Source: an uncultured Eubacteriales bacterium (GTDB lineage: Bacteria > Bacillota > Clostridia > Christensenellales > CAG-138). Taken from it: 64,000 nt of DNA. Below the pieces are notes generated by a model. It was not told where the DNA came from and did no database searches. It saw only the letters and a program-made list of their open reading frames with translations. Below are positions 16,802 through 26,241 of this stretch, in pieces. A program made the translations under genes and the position numbers. The stretch lies in contig UREK01000001.1 of the NCBI GenBank assembly GCA_900546845.1, positions 42,804-106,803 on the forward strand, in the 5' to 3' direction. Within the stretch, counting starts at the first letter, position 1. Every line of letters starts with the position of its first letter.

Positions 16802-17914
16802 TTATTCTTCGGGCAAAAGCTCGGGCGCTTCTGCCGGGGGCCCTTCTTCGGGCAAAAGCTCCGCCGCATCCGGCGCGTCGCTCTTGTGCATGATGTGGAT
16901 CGCGTCCGGGAGGATCACGACGCCCACCGCGCAGCCGGGCTCCACATAGTCCGTGGAATGCACGGTAAGCGTTACCTCGCCGCACTCCACGCGGAATTCA
17001 TAATGCACGCCCATGAACAGCACGCTTTTTACCACGCCGCGCAGCATGCCCGCTTCGGGGGCGACGAGGTCTATATCCTCCGGGCGGATGACGACGTCCA
17101 CCGGCTCGTTCTGCGCGAAGCCCTTATCCACACAGACGAAATCAAGGCCGTGGAAATGGACGAGCAGATCCCGCTTCATCGTGCCGGGCAGGATGTTGCT
17201 CTCACCGATGAACTTGGCGACGAACACGTTCTTAGGCTCGTTGTAGATGTCTGTCGGCGTCCCGATCTGCTGGATGACGCCCTCATTCATGACGACGACG
17301 GTGTCGCTCATGGTGAGCGCCTCTTCCTGGTCGTGCGTCACGAACACGAAGGTGATGCCAAGGTGCTGCTGCATGCGCTTGAGTTCGAGCTGCATGCCCT
17401 TGCGCAGCTTGAGGTCAAGCGCGCCGAGCGGTTCATCCAGGAGAAGCACCTGCGGCCGGTTCACCAGTGCCCGCGCGATGGCCACGCGCTGCTGCTGCCC
17501 GCCGGAAAGCTGTTCGATCCAGCGCTTGTCATAGCCCTTGAGGTTCACAAGCTCCAGCATTTCCTTGACGCGGCGGTCGATCTCATCCTTCGGGAGCTTC
17601 TGTATCTTGAGGCCGAAGGCCACGTTGTCGTATACGTTCAGGTGCGGGAACAGGGCATATTTCTGGAACACCGTGTTCACGCGGCGCTTGTAGGGCGGGA
17701 TTGCGGAAACGTCCTTCCCGTCGATCAAAACGCGGCCTTCCGTGGGCATGGTGAAGCCCGCGATGAGGCGCAGGAGCGTCGTCTTCCCGCAGCCGGAGGG
17801 GCCGAGCAGCGTCAGGAATTCGCCGTCCCGGATGTACAGGTTGATGCGCTTGAGCGCATCCTCCGCGCCATAGGATTTGCGGATGTCGATCAGGTCGATC
17901 AGGTGCTTGGACAT
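16802..17914 (-). CDS. potA: spermidine/putrescine ABC ATPase with a short repetitive C-terminal extension
   Basis: GAGG lies 7 nt before ATG 17914. Walker [10 protein letters not shown], signature LSGGQQQR, Walker [16 protein letters not shown]-like C-domain, then ...[24 protein letters not shown]. Confidence 0.9.
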   Translation of the reverse strand: MSKHLIDLIDIRKSYGAEDALKRINLYIRDGEFLTLLGPSGCGKTTLLRLIAGFTMPTEGRVLIDGKDVSAIPPYKRRVNTVFQKYALFPHLNVYDNVAFGLKIQKLPKDEIDRRVKEMLELVNLKGYDKRWIEQLSGGQQQRVAIARALVNRPQVLLLDEPLGALDLKLRKGMQLELKRMQQHLGITFVFVTHDQEEALTMSDTVVVMNEGVIQQIGTPTDIYNEPKNVFVAKFIGESNILPGTMKRDLLVHFHGLDFVCVDKGFAQNEPVDVVIRPEDIDLVAPEAGMLRGVVKSVLFMGVHYEFRVECGEVTLTVHSTDYVEPGCAVGVVILPDAIHIMHKSDAPDAAELLPEEGPPAEAPELLPEE

Positions 17915-17960
17915 GGCGGTACCTCGCAAAATTTAGAATCGGGATGAAGCTGGGAGCGGT

Positions 17961-18503
17961 TCAGAAACTTGGCGGCGTGGAGACCCAGAGCACGCGCGCT
18001 TCCGTTTTGCCGGGGTTTTCGATGTAATGCACGGCGGAGGGCTTGAAGCAGAAGCTCGACCCGCGCCGCACGCGGAAGCTGCGTTCGCCCAAGCGGAGCA
18101 CAACGCTCCCCGCGAGCACGTAGCCGAACTCCTCGCCCTCGTGCGGGTCATCCTCCCAGGTGTGCCCACCTGGCACAAGCGTGACAAGGATGGGCTCGAG
18201 CGAGTTTTTCTGCGCGTTGGGGATAAGCCAATGGATTGCGTGGCCGGCCTCGTCATCCTCCTTTACGAACACGTCGTCCGCGCCGAACACGACCTTTTCC
18301 TCCGCCTGCTCGGAGAAGAAATCCGCAAGGTTGGTGCCGAGCGCCTCCAAAATGTCAGCAAGGGTTGCGATGGAAGGGGAGGTGAGGTTGCGCTCGAGCT
18401 GCGAGATGAAGCCCTTGGAAAGCTCCGTGCGCGCGGCAAGCTCCTCCTGCGTCAAGCTGAGCTTGATGCGCCTGCGCTTGATTTTCCCACCGATGTCGAT
18501 CAA
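17961..18503 (-). CDS. XRE-family HTH regulator with a C-terminal cupin domain (PuuR-like)
   Basis: GGAGGG lies 7 nt before TTG 18503. HTH LSLTQEELAARTELSKGFISQLERN. Cupin region GEEFGYVLAGSVVLRLGERSF..GSSFCFKPSAVHYIEN. Confidence 0.8.
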   Translation of the reverse strand: MIDIGGKIKRRRIKLSLTQEELAARTELSKGFISQLERNLTSPSIATLADILEALGTNLADFFSEQAEEKVVFGADDVFVKEDDEAGHAIHWLIPNAQKNSLEPILVTLVPGGHTWEDDPHEGEEFGYVLAGSVVLRLGERSFRVRRGSSFCFKPSAVHYIENPGKTEARVLWVSTPPSF

Positions 18504-18529
18504 ATGGAATCCCTCCCAGTAAGCATAAA

Positions 18530-18544
18530 TAAACTTTAAGTTTA
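18530..18544. promoter_or_regulatory. perfect 15-bp palindrome in the leader of the XRE-cupin/pot operon, candidate operator
   Basis: TAAACTT-T-AAGTTTA. It lies between a TTGACA-17-TTTAAT promoter (minus strand) and the SD. Confidence 0.4.
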
Positions 18545-18828
18545 CAATTTCTAAACCAACCAGCGATATTAAACCATGTTTTGCAAAGTATGTCAATATA
18601 GTATTGCTAAACTTTTGGGTTAGAATTGCTGTTTTCCCGGAGGACGGGGCGCTGCGGAGTTTCCGGGCGGCGAAAAAAGGCCTGCAGGCCTTGGCTTATG
18701 CGTCCTCGCCGCCGCCGACCGAAGCCCTGCATCAGGGAGTCAGAAACGCGGCATTTGCTGCGCGGACAGCGCAAGCGCGATGTGAAAGGTTCAATAAAAT
18801 GGGGAACGCCGCGTTATTGGCAGCATGC

Positions 18829-18855
18829 AAAAAGCTCCCGCTGCGGGAGCTTTTT
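18829..18855. terminator. bidirectional rho-independent terminator
   Basis: AAAAAGCTCCCG-CTG-CGGGAGCTTTTT. Confidence 0.75.
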
Positions 18856-18889
18856 GTATGAAAAACGGAACTTATAGCGCGGATTAACC

Positions 18890-19687
18890 TTACAGCACGA
18901 ACTTCACCGCGCGCACAACGTCCACGTAATCCGTGGTTTCCATGCGGATGGTACGGTCCCCAACGAGGGTAAAGCCGGGATAATAGGACATGGAGACGGC
19001 GTTTTCGTGTTCCTTGTAGGTAACTTCAAAAACAAATTTCTCCGGCATGGGGATGAGGCCCTTCGTAAGATCCTGGGAGAGCGCTTCCCGTGCGGCTTCC
19101 CGGATGCGCTCACAGGCGAGTTCCGGATGGATGCTGCGGGTCATGCTGCCAAATCCGTCCTTTACGGCGACAGTTTTCAGCAGCGGATACATGCCTGCGC
19201 TGTCCTCGCAGAGCATCTTGTCGCCCGTCAGGAGCACAGGGGGTACCTTTTCATAGTTTGCGACGAGGCTGAACAGCATGAATTCGCTGCAAAGCCGGCC
19301 GTTCAGACGCACCTCGAACGGCCGCCTGGAAAAGGTGTGCGAAAGCGGGTTGCCGTTACGGCCGGCAGCGGAATGGTATCCGATGAACATGGCCGCGTCG
19401 AACCCCTGCTCCACACCATAGGCCATGGTGTAAGGGTGGCCGCAGCCGCTGCGGATCAGCTCGACGCAGCGTGGCAGCTGGCGGATGTCAAGGTTGGTGC
19501 CGCTCGCGTGCGCGTCCTTGACCAAGATGGACTCCGCTCCCGCCGCAATGGCTCCTTCGCAGGCAGCCCTGACCTCGTTGGTCATCTGCTGCACCGCGGC
19601 GGCGTAGGTAGCCTGCGTCCGGTTGCACTCTTCCCAGAGCGTTGTGGTGGTGATGCCTTCGATGTCGGCGCTGATGAATACGCGCAT
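18890..19687 (-). CDS. M55-family metallopeptidase (D-aminopeptidase DppA-like)
   Basis: N-terminus MRVFISADIEGITTTTLWEE and the overall sequence are typical of Peptidase_M55. Confidence 0.8.
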   Translation of the reverse strand: MRVFISADIEGITTTTLWEECNRTQATYAAAVQQMTNEVRAACEGAIAAGAESILVKDAHASGTNLDIRQLPRCVELIRSGCGHPYTMAYGVEQGFDAAMFIGYHSAAGRNGNPLSHTFSRRPFEVRLNGRLCSEFMLFSLVANYEKVPPVLLTGDKMLCEDSAGMYPLLKTVAVKDGFGSMTRSIHPELACERIREAAREALSQDLTKGLIPMPEKFVFEVTYKEHENAVSMSYYPGFTLVGDRTIRMETTDYVDVVRAVKFVL

Positions 19688-19777
19688 TGGATTCCTCCTT
19701 AAATAAGATTGTAGGTTTGATGCCCAATCGGAATATAATATATTTTACCAGAAAATGCGCTGGGCGGGAAGGGCGCG

Positions 19778-20476
19778 CTATACCTTTTCCGCCATGCGGT
19801 AGCCCACGCCGATCTCGGTGAGGATATATTGCGGGGCCATGCTGTCCCGCTCGATCTTGCGCCGGATGTTGGACATGTTCACGCGCAGGATGCGGTTGTT
19901 TTCCGCATCCGCGTAAGGGCCCCAGACATGGTTGATGATATAGCTGTACGTGAGAACTTTCCCGGGATGCCGGGCGATGAGTTCCACGATGCGGTATTCC
20001 ACCTGCGTGAGGCGGATGGTTTCGCCGCCGACCGTGACGCTGCGCTTGGCAAAATCAATTTTAAATTCCCCGACGCTGTAAGCGTCGTCCGGCGCGGCGG
20101 AGGGGGCGTTACGGCGGAGAACGGCGCGCATGCGTGCAAGCAGCTCCGGCGCGGAAAACGGCTTTGTGATGTAATCGTCCGCGCCGTTGTCGAGCGCGAG
20201 GATTTTGTCCTGCTCCGTGCTGCGCGCGCTGACGACGATCACGGGCACGCGAGTCCACGCGCGCAGCTCCTTCAGGAGCTTTACGCCGTCGACGTCGGGC
20301 AGCCCAAGGTCGAGCAGCACCATATCCGGCATATAGGCGGAGACGGAGGCGCGCGCGTCGGCGCCGTTTTGCGCTGAGAGGACGCGGTATCCGCCCGCAT
20401 ACAGCACGGTTTTCAATACCTTTAAAATATAGCCCTCGTCTTCGATCACAAGGACGGTCGGTTTAACTGTGGCCAT
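19778..20476 (-). CDS. OmpR/KdpE-type response regulator
   Basis: Receiver domain VLVIEDE...DMVLLDLGLPDVDG...VIVVSAR plus a winged-helix C-domain (LTQVEYRIVELIARHPGKVLTY). Confidence 0.9.
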   Translation of the reverse strand: MATVKPTVLVIEDEGYILKVLKTVLYAGGYRVLSAQNGADARASVSAYMPDMVLLDLGLPDVDGVKLLKELRAWTRVPVIVVSARSTEQDKILALDNGADDYITKPFSAPELLARMRAVLRRNAPSAAPDDAYSVGEFKIDFAKRSVTVGGETIRLTQVEYRIVELIARHPGKVLTYSYIINHVWGPYADAENNRILRVNMSNIRRKIERDSMAPQYILTEIGVGYRMAEKV

Positions 20477-21986
20477 TGGAATCCTCCTTTGGGAGCGTCA
20501 GCGTAAATACCGCGCCGCACGGGTTTCCATTGCGCCCGTAGATCTCGCCGCCGTGCGCCTGGATGATGCTTTTGCAGATGGAAAGGCCAAGCCCCATGCC
20601 GTGGGTGGAATCCCCGGCACGCCGCGCCGACGGCTCGAACAGCGTCGAGAGATCCTCCTGGCTCAGCCCGCGGCCATAATCGCGCACGGTGAACGATACG
20701 AACGCGTCCCCGTCCTCGGCGATGAGGTCGATCCGGGCGGCGGAGCCGGAATATTTCACCGCGTTTTCAATCAGGTTCATAAGCACCTGCACAATGAGCG
20801 TCGGGTCCATCGGCACCATCAGGAATTCGGCGGGCGGCGTGACGGCGATCTCCGCATCCGGGAAGCGGCCGCGCGCTTTTTCCAGGGTTTCCGAGAGGAT
20901 CTCTTCAATCGGCTCGCAGCTTTTGTTGAGCTTTGGACCGCTTGCCCCCACGCGCGTGACGGAAAGCAGGTTTTCCACTATGCGCAGCAGCCAGGCCGCT
21001 TCTTCCCCGATGCTCTGGATCAAATCGCGCCGCGCGGCCTCGTCCAGCGCCACATCCTCCTGGTTTAATGCGGAGCAAGCGCCGATGATGCCGGTGAGCG
21101 GCGTACGCAGGTCGTGGGAGATGGAGCGGAGAAAGTCGGAGCGCATGCGCTCGAGCTCCTTTTCCATCAGGATCTTCTGTTCGCGGCGCATGAGCGCGAT
21201 GCGCTTGAGCGCCACGCCGGCGCGCACGAGCAGAAGCTCTGCGGTCTGCAACTGGTAGGCGCTTACGCCGCGCCAGGCGTCGATCAACACGCCGGCCACG
21301 GCGAGCACCTCCCCATCCACCGCCACCGGGAAGCAGCAGAGGGGATTTTTGCCATAGAAGGCGGTTCCGTATCCGGTGCGCTTGCCGGTGCTGTGGCAGG
21401 CGGAGACGACGCCGCCTACCGGGTAAAGCAGCAGCCCTTCCGGATAGCTGCCGGCGCGGCGGACGCCGCCTGCGCCGTCCGGGACAAAGAGGACCGTGGA
21501 GCAATTCATGACGCTATAGAGACTCCGAAGCGTCAGCACGTACAGCTCCTCCGCCGTGGAAGCGGTCAAAAGCGCCGTGCTGAGCGCGGAGATCGAGCGC
21601 TCGCGGGCGCTTTGTTCACCATAGAGATCGCGTTCCGCGCGAATGCGCCAGTAAAGCCCGCCGCCGAGGAGCGCGATCGTGGTGAGAATGCACGCGGCAT
21701 AGACCGCAAAGATGGGCGAGAGCTGCGTTGCGCCGGCGTTTACCGTGAATTCCAACAGGGAAAACACCAGGACTGCGGCACATGCGGAAGCGGCACGCCA
21801 GGCGGCGTTTGTCGCCGCGATGGCGAGCGGGAGCGTGATGAGCGCAAGCAGGGGGATCGCATAGAACGAGCTTTGGAATATGACGCGCGAAAACAGGAAG
21901 ATCAGCGCCGATGCGAGCGCGGCAAGCAAAATCCCGCGAAGGTTTTTCACGGGAGCCATGGAACGCCTGTAAGCACGCTTTCCCAT
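20463..21986 (-). CDS. sensor histidine kinase resembling the C-terminal half of KdpD (4 TM, GAF-like, HisKA, HATPase)
   Basis: AAGGAG lies 10 nt before ATG 21986. H-box SHDLRTPLT, N-box NLIENAVKY, G-boxes DYGRGL and GMGLGLSICKSI. There is no KdpD N-terminal or Usp domain. Confidence 0.8.
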   Translation of the reverse strand: MGKRAYRRSMAPVKNLRGILLAALASALIFLFSRVIFQSSFYAIPLLALITLPLAIAATNAAWRAASACAAVLVFSLLEFTVNAGATQLSPIFAVYAACILTTIALLGGGLYWRIRAERDLYGEQSARERSISALSTALLTASTAEELYVLTLRSLYSVMNCSTVLFVPDGAGGVRRAGSYPEGLLLYPVGGVVSACHSTGKRTGYGTAFYGKNPLCCFPVAVDGEVLAVAGVLIDAWRGVSAYQLQTAELLLVRAGVALKRIALMRREQKILMEKELERMRSDFLRSISHDLRTPLTGIIGACSALNQEDVALDEAARRDLIQSIGEEAAWLLRIVENLLSVTRVGASGPKLNKSCEPIEEILSETLEKARGRFPDAEIAVTPPAEFLMVPMDPTLIVQVLMNLIENAVKYSGSAARIDLIAEDGDAFVSFTVRDYGRGLSQEDLSTLFEPSARRAGDSTHGMGLGLSICKSIIQAHGGEIYGRNGNPCGAVFTLTLPKEDSNGHS

Positions 21987-22240
21987 CGCCGGAACACTCC
22001 TTGTTGATTTGCTGAAGTAATTCAAGCCGCCATCAAAATCATAACCTTTCATCATTATACACGCATCGGCCCGCGCGAAAAAGGGCGCTATGCTAAAAAA
22101 ACGCTAAGGATGTCCCCATTTTGTTGCGGCGGCGTTTTCAGGGTTATACGATAAAAGCCATAAAAGGGGCGTCTCCTGCAGATCTACATCGTCTCTCCAG
22201 TTCGGGGCGAACCCCGCAATATTAACAAGGAGGAAAACAC

Positions 22241-24223
22241 ATGAAACGCACACTCGCATTGTTGCTGGCACTTGCGCTCGCCGTCTCTCTGGCTGCGTGC
22301 CAAACCGGTACCAGCGTCACGGACCCGACGGATGCGCCTGCCCCAACGGCCACGCAGGAACCGCAGGCGGTTCAGTCTGCTGCCGAGGACATCATCGGCA
22401 ATAAGGAATACCTCAATGTATACAAGACTTCCTTCAGCTCATCCTATTCCTCTTTCAACTATTTTTCGACCGCATATTCGACCGTCCGCTCCATCGTTTC
22501 AAACTGCATCGACGGCCTTGTGGAGCCGGATATCTACGGCGTATACGTCCCGTCCATTGCGGAAAGCTGGGAGACCAATGCGGATCAGACCATCTGGACC
22601 TTCAAGATCCGCGAGGGCGTGAACTGGGTGGACCATGAGGGCAAGGACACCGGCCTTGCGGTGACTGCGGAGGACTTCGTGGACGGTATCCGCTACATTG
22701 GCGACCCGCAAAACGACGCGTATTCCCTGCGCGTGGTGCGCAACCTCATCGAAGGCCTGTACGACTATTACTGGAATTTGGACGACATCGACGACCCCGA
22801 AGTGGAGACCGACCTTGTGCGCGACGAAGTGGTTGCGAGCTTTGACGAGACCGTAGGCGTCAAAGCGCTCGACGAATATACCGTGCAGTATACGCTCACA
22901 TCCAGCGCCCCATACTTCCTTTCCCTGATCGAGAGCAGCATGCTGCTGCTGCCGGTCGAATACGACTATGCCATGGAGCTGGGGGACGACTTTGCCGTCG
23001 ATAACGAGCACATGCTTTACTGCGGCGCGTATTACATCTCCCATTTTGAGCGCGACAAGGCGATCACACTTACCAAAAACCCGCTGTATTGGGATCTGGA
23101 GCACATCACTGTGGATCGCGTTGAATACCAGATGGTGCCTGAAGGGACGACTTCCCTTGAGATGTTTAAGCGCGGCGAGATCGACGAGACGAGCGTTGCG
23201 GCGGAAGAATACCTTTCCATGGCCGGCACGGAGTGGGAGGACAAGCTCATCCCCACGGAGCGCAGCCTTTCCACGAACTATCTCTGGCTCGATTTCCAGG
23301 GTGAGAACCCGGAGTTCAATACCTTCATCCAGAATGAAAACTTCCGCAAGGCGCTGCAATACTCGCTCAACCGCGAATCAATCGCAACGCTGCGCGACCC
23401 CGTCAACCCGGCGCGCGTCCTGCGCAATACCATCAACGCGGAAGACGCGATCTACGACAGCAACGGCGTAGATTACACGGATTATGAGCCGCTCAAGGCG
23501 ATCAAGGAGACGGATTACAACGACCCCGAGCTGGCGCGCCAGTATATGGAAGCCGCGGTCGCAGAGCTTTGCGATGCGGAAGGCAACATCATCGGCGTCG
23601 AAGCCGGCACGGTGGATTACCTCCCCGTCGGCACGTTCGAGGTGGATGGAAAGCTCCCCGTCACCGTCATCTACGTCGGCACGGATGACGAGAGCGAGAT
23701 CATCATGGCGCAGCTAATGAAAGCCATGATAGAAGAGGCCATCGGCGCGGATCTCATCAATTTTGAAATTGCCGCTTTCAGCGGCTGGACGTATGGCACC
23801 GTGGCCGATCCGCTCAATTACGACATCTATTTTGATTCGCTTTCCACCGGCTATGCCGATCCCTCCGGCCTGCTGACCCGGATGACAACGGATGGCGCAG
23901 AAAACGTAGGCTGCTACGAGGTGCCCGAATACGACGCGCTGATCGAGCAGGCGCTCAACGCCGCGACCTTTGAAGAACGCCTGCAATACTTTGCGGAAGC
24001 GGAGGCCTATCTCTGCAACGGAGCGTATGTCATCCCGTTCATCTCCTCGCTGCGCGGCTATTACATGACCAACTCCATGCCGTTTACAAGCCCGCTGACC
24101 CTGTATGGCAACAGCAAATATAAGGGTACGCTCGTGATGGAAGAGCCGCTTACCTACGAGGAGTATCAGACGCTTGAATCCGCCTACAACATCGCGCGGG
24201 AGGAGGCGCTCAAAGAAAGCTGA
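22241..24223 (+). CDS. ABC peptide substrate-binding lipoprotein (family 5, OppA-like)
   Basis: AAGGAGG upstream. Lipobox SLAAC. A 660-aa SBP_bac_5-like sequence. Confidence 0.85.
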   Translation: MKRTLALLLALALAVSLAACQTGTSVTDPTDAPAPTATQEPQAVQSAAEDIIGNKEYLNVYKTSFSSSYSSFNYFSTAYSTVRSIVSNCIDGLVEPDIYGVYVPSIAESWETNADQTIWTFKIREGVNWVDHEGKDTGLAVTAEDFVDGIRYIGDPQNDAYSLRVVRNLIEGLYDYYWNLDDIDDPEVETDLVRDEVVASFDETVGVKALDEYTVQYTLTSSAPYFLSLIESSMLLLPVEYDYAMELGDDFAVDNEHMLYCGAYYISHFERDKAITLTKNPLYWDLEHITVDRVEYQMVPEGTTSLEMFKRGEIDETSVAAEEYLSMAGTEWEDKLIPTERSLSTNYLWLDFQGENPEFNTFIQNENFRKALQYSLNRESIATLRDPVNPARVLRNTINAEDAIYDSNGVDYTDYEPLKAIKETDYNDPELARQYMEAAVAELCDAEGNIIGVEAGTVDYLPVGTFEVDGKLPVTVIYVGTDDESEIIMAQLMKAMIEEAIGADLINFEIAAFSGWTYGTVADPLNYDIYFDSLSTGYADPSGLLTRMTTDGAENVGCYEVPEYDALIEQALNAATFEERLQYFAEAEAYLCNGAYVIPFISSLRGYYMTNSMPFTSPLTLYGNSKYKGTLVMEEPLTYEEYQTLESAYNIAREEALKES

Positions 24224-24346
24224 ACCCAACGCTGACCCGAAAGCACAGTTGCGGCGCGCTGCCGGCGGGCGGCGCGCCTTTCCTTGAGCTTGTTTCCGTT
24301 GAATGTACGCGTAACCGTTTACTCCATCTGAAACGGAGGAATTTCC

Positions 24347-25285
24347 TTGACAAAGTATATCCTTTCAAGAACGCTGCGCTCTCTGCTGACCGTCGTAATC
24401 GTTTTCGTCACGGTCTTCATGCTCTTGCGCCTGATGCCGCTCACCGGCTATTTCCCGCAGGAGATCCTGAAGGAGACCGACGAGGCCACGCGCATGACCT
24501 ACCTGCGCAACCAAGGCCTTCTGGATCACCCGTTCGTGCAGCTTTGGCGCTTCGTAAAGAACCTGTTCCAGGGGGATCTGGGCAGGAGCCTCACGGTTTA
24601 CCCCAAGGTTCCCATCGCAACGCTGCTGCAGGAAAAAATCCCCGTCACGGCGGCGTTCGGCTTTTCGAGCATGCTGCTTGGCATCGTGCTCGGCATTTCG
24701 CTCGGCCTTTTGATGGTGCGCTATAAGAACCGCTGGGGAGACCGCCTCGGGACGCTCTACATCCTCGTCGTCCGCGCTGTGCCGAGCCTCATCTACCTCT
24801 TCTTCATCCAGGTTTGGGTATCCAAATGGTTTAACCTCCCGCTTGTGTTTTACAAGGACAGGCCGGAATCCTGGATCCTGCCTACGATCTGCCTCGCGCT
24901 TGGGAGCATCGCATATTATGCGCTCTGGCTCCGCCGCTTCATGGTGGATGAGGAAAACCGGGACTATGTGAAGTTCGCGCAGGTCAAGGGGCTGCCGAAG
25001 AAGGTTGTCCTGCGCAGGCACGTGTTCAAGAACGCGATGATCCCGCTTGTGATCTATCTCCCGAGCGATCTGCTGTTTATCATTTCCGGCTCCCTTGTGA
25101 TCGAAAGCCTGTACGCCATCCCGGGCACGGGCGGCCTGCTCACCAACGCGATCAAAAGCCAGGATAACAACCTGGTGCAGGTGATCGTACTGATGTACGC
25201 GATCCTCTCGGTGATCGGCGTGTTCCTGGGCGATTTGCTGGTCGCGTTTGTGGACCCGCGCATCAAGCTGACGGAGGGAGAATAA
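24347..25285 (+). CDS. oligopeptide ABC permease (OppB/DppB-like)
   Basis: GGAGG lies 7 nt before TTG 24347. N-terminus YILSRTLRSLLTVVIVFVTVFMLLRLMP is typical of the OppB family. Confidence 0.85.
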   Translation: MTKYILSRTLRSLLTVVIVFVTVFMLLRLMPLTGYFPQEILKETDEATRMTYLRNQGLLDHPFVQLWRFVKNLFQGDLGRSLTVYPKVPIATLLQEKIPVTAAFGFSSMLLGIVLGISLGLLMVRYKNRWGDRLGTLYILVVRAVPSLIYLFFIQVWVSKWFNLPLVFYKDRPESWILPTICLALGSIAYYALWLRRFMVDEENRDYVKFAQVKGLPKKVVLRRHVFKNAMIPLVIYLPSDLLFIISGSLVIESLYAIPGTGGLLTNAIKSQDNNLVQVIVLMYAILSVIGVFLGDLLVAFVDPRIKLTEGE

Positions 25286-26227
25286 ATGGAAAGCAAAAAA
25301 ATGCCCAATGCGGCTCTGAACCCGCTTAAGTTCCGCGCCGCTGTATTCGACAACATCAGCAGCGAGGACACGGGGTTCTCGAACTATTCCTATTGGCGCT
25401 CCACAATCCGCACTTTTTTCCGGAACAAGGCAGTTGTCGTGCTGGTTGGGCTCGTGTTCGCAATGATCGTGATGAGCATCCTTTACCCGGTGTTCTCGGA
25501 TGTGGATCCCACGGAGGTGAGCCTTTTCCCGCTCGATTGGAATCTGCGCCCGAGCGCGGAGCACTGGTTCGGCACGGACACGCTCGGGCGCGACATCTGG
25601 GCGCGCGCCTGGTATGGCTGCCGCAACTCCTTCCTGCTCGGGTTCTGCATCGCCCTTTCGGACGTCGGCTTCGGCATGATCGCGGGCGCGCTCTGGGGCT
25701 ACAACAAAAAGCTGGATCCGTTCATGATCGAGCTGTATAACATCATGACGAACATCCCGTCGACGGTTTACCTCGTGCTGCTTGCATACATTATGAACAC
25801 GAGCTACCTTACTCTGTTCATCTCCATGGCGTCCCGCGGGTGGATCGTGGAAGCGCGCTTCTTCCGCAACCGCATCCTCTCCCTGCGCGACAGCGAATAC
25901 AACATCGCGTCCAAATGCCTTGGCACGCCGGTGCGGCGCATTGCGACGCGCAACATCATCCCGCACATCGTGAGCCTCATCATCATGGAAGCGGCGCTCT
26001 GCATCCCGTATTCCATCGGCTCTGAAGTGTTCATGGGCTTTGTGGGCGTCGGCATGCCGGTAGACGCGATCACCCTTGGCAACATCGTCAACCAGGGGCG
26101 CGCTTCCTTTACGCTGCACCCGTACCAGATGATGCTGCCGACGGCCATCCTTTGCATCATCACCGTCGCGTTTTATGTGATCGGCAATAAATTCGCGGAT
26201 GCTTCCGATCCGCGCAACCACGTTTGA
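25286..26227 (+). CDS. oligopeptide ABC permease (OppC/DppC-like)
   Basis: The start abuts the OppB-like stop. Contains [15 protein letters not shown], a motif typical of the OppC family. Confidence 0.85.
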   Translation: MESKKMPNAALNPLKFRAAVFDNISSEDTGFSNYSYWRSTIRTFFRNKAVVVLVGLVFAMIVMSILYPVFSDVDPTEVSLFPLDWNLRPSAEHWFGTDTLGRDIWARAWYGCRNSFLLGFCIALSDVGFGMIAGALWGYNKKLDPFMIELYNIMTNIPSTVYLVLLAYIMNTSYLTLFISMASRGWIVEARFFRNRILSLRDSEYNIASKCLGTPVRRIATRNIIPHIVSLIIMEAALCIPYSIGSEVFMGFVGVGMPVDAITLGNIVNQGRASFTLHPYQMMLPTAILCIITVAFYVIGNKFADASDPRNHV

Positions 26228-26241
26228 GGAGGGCGGAAACC

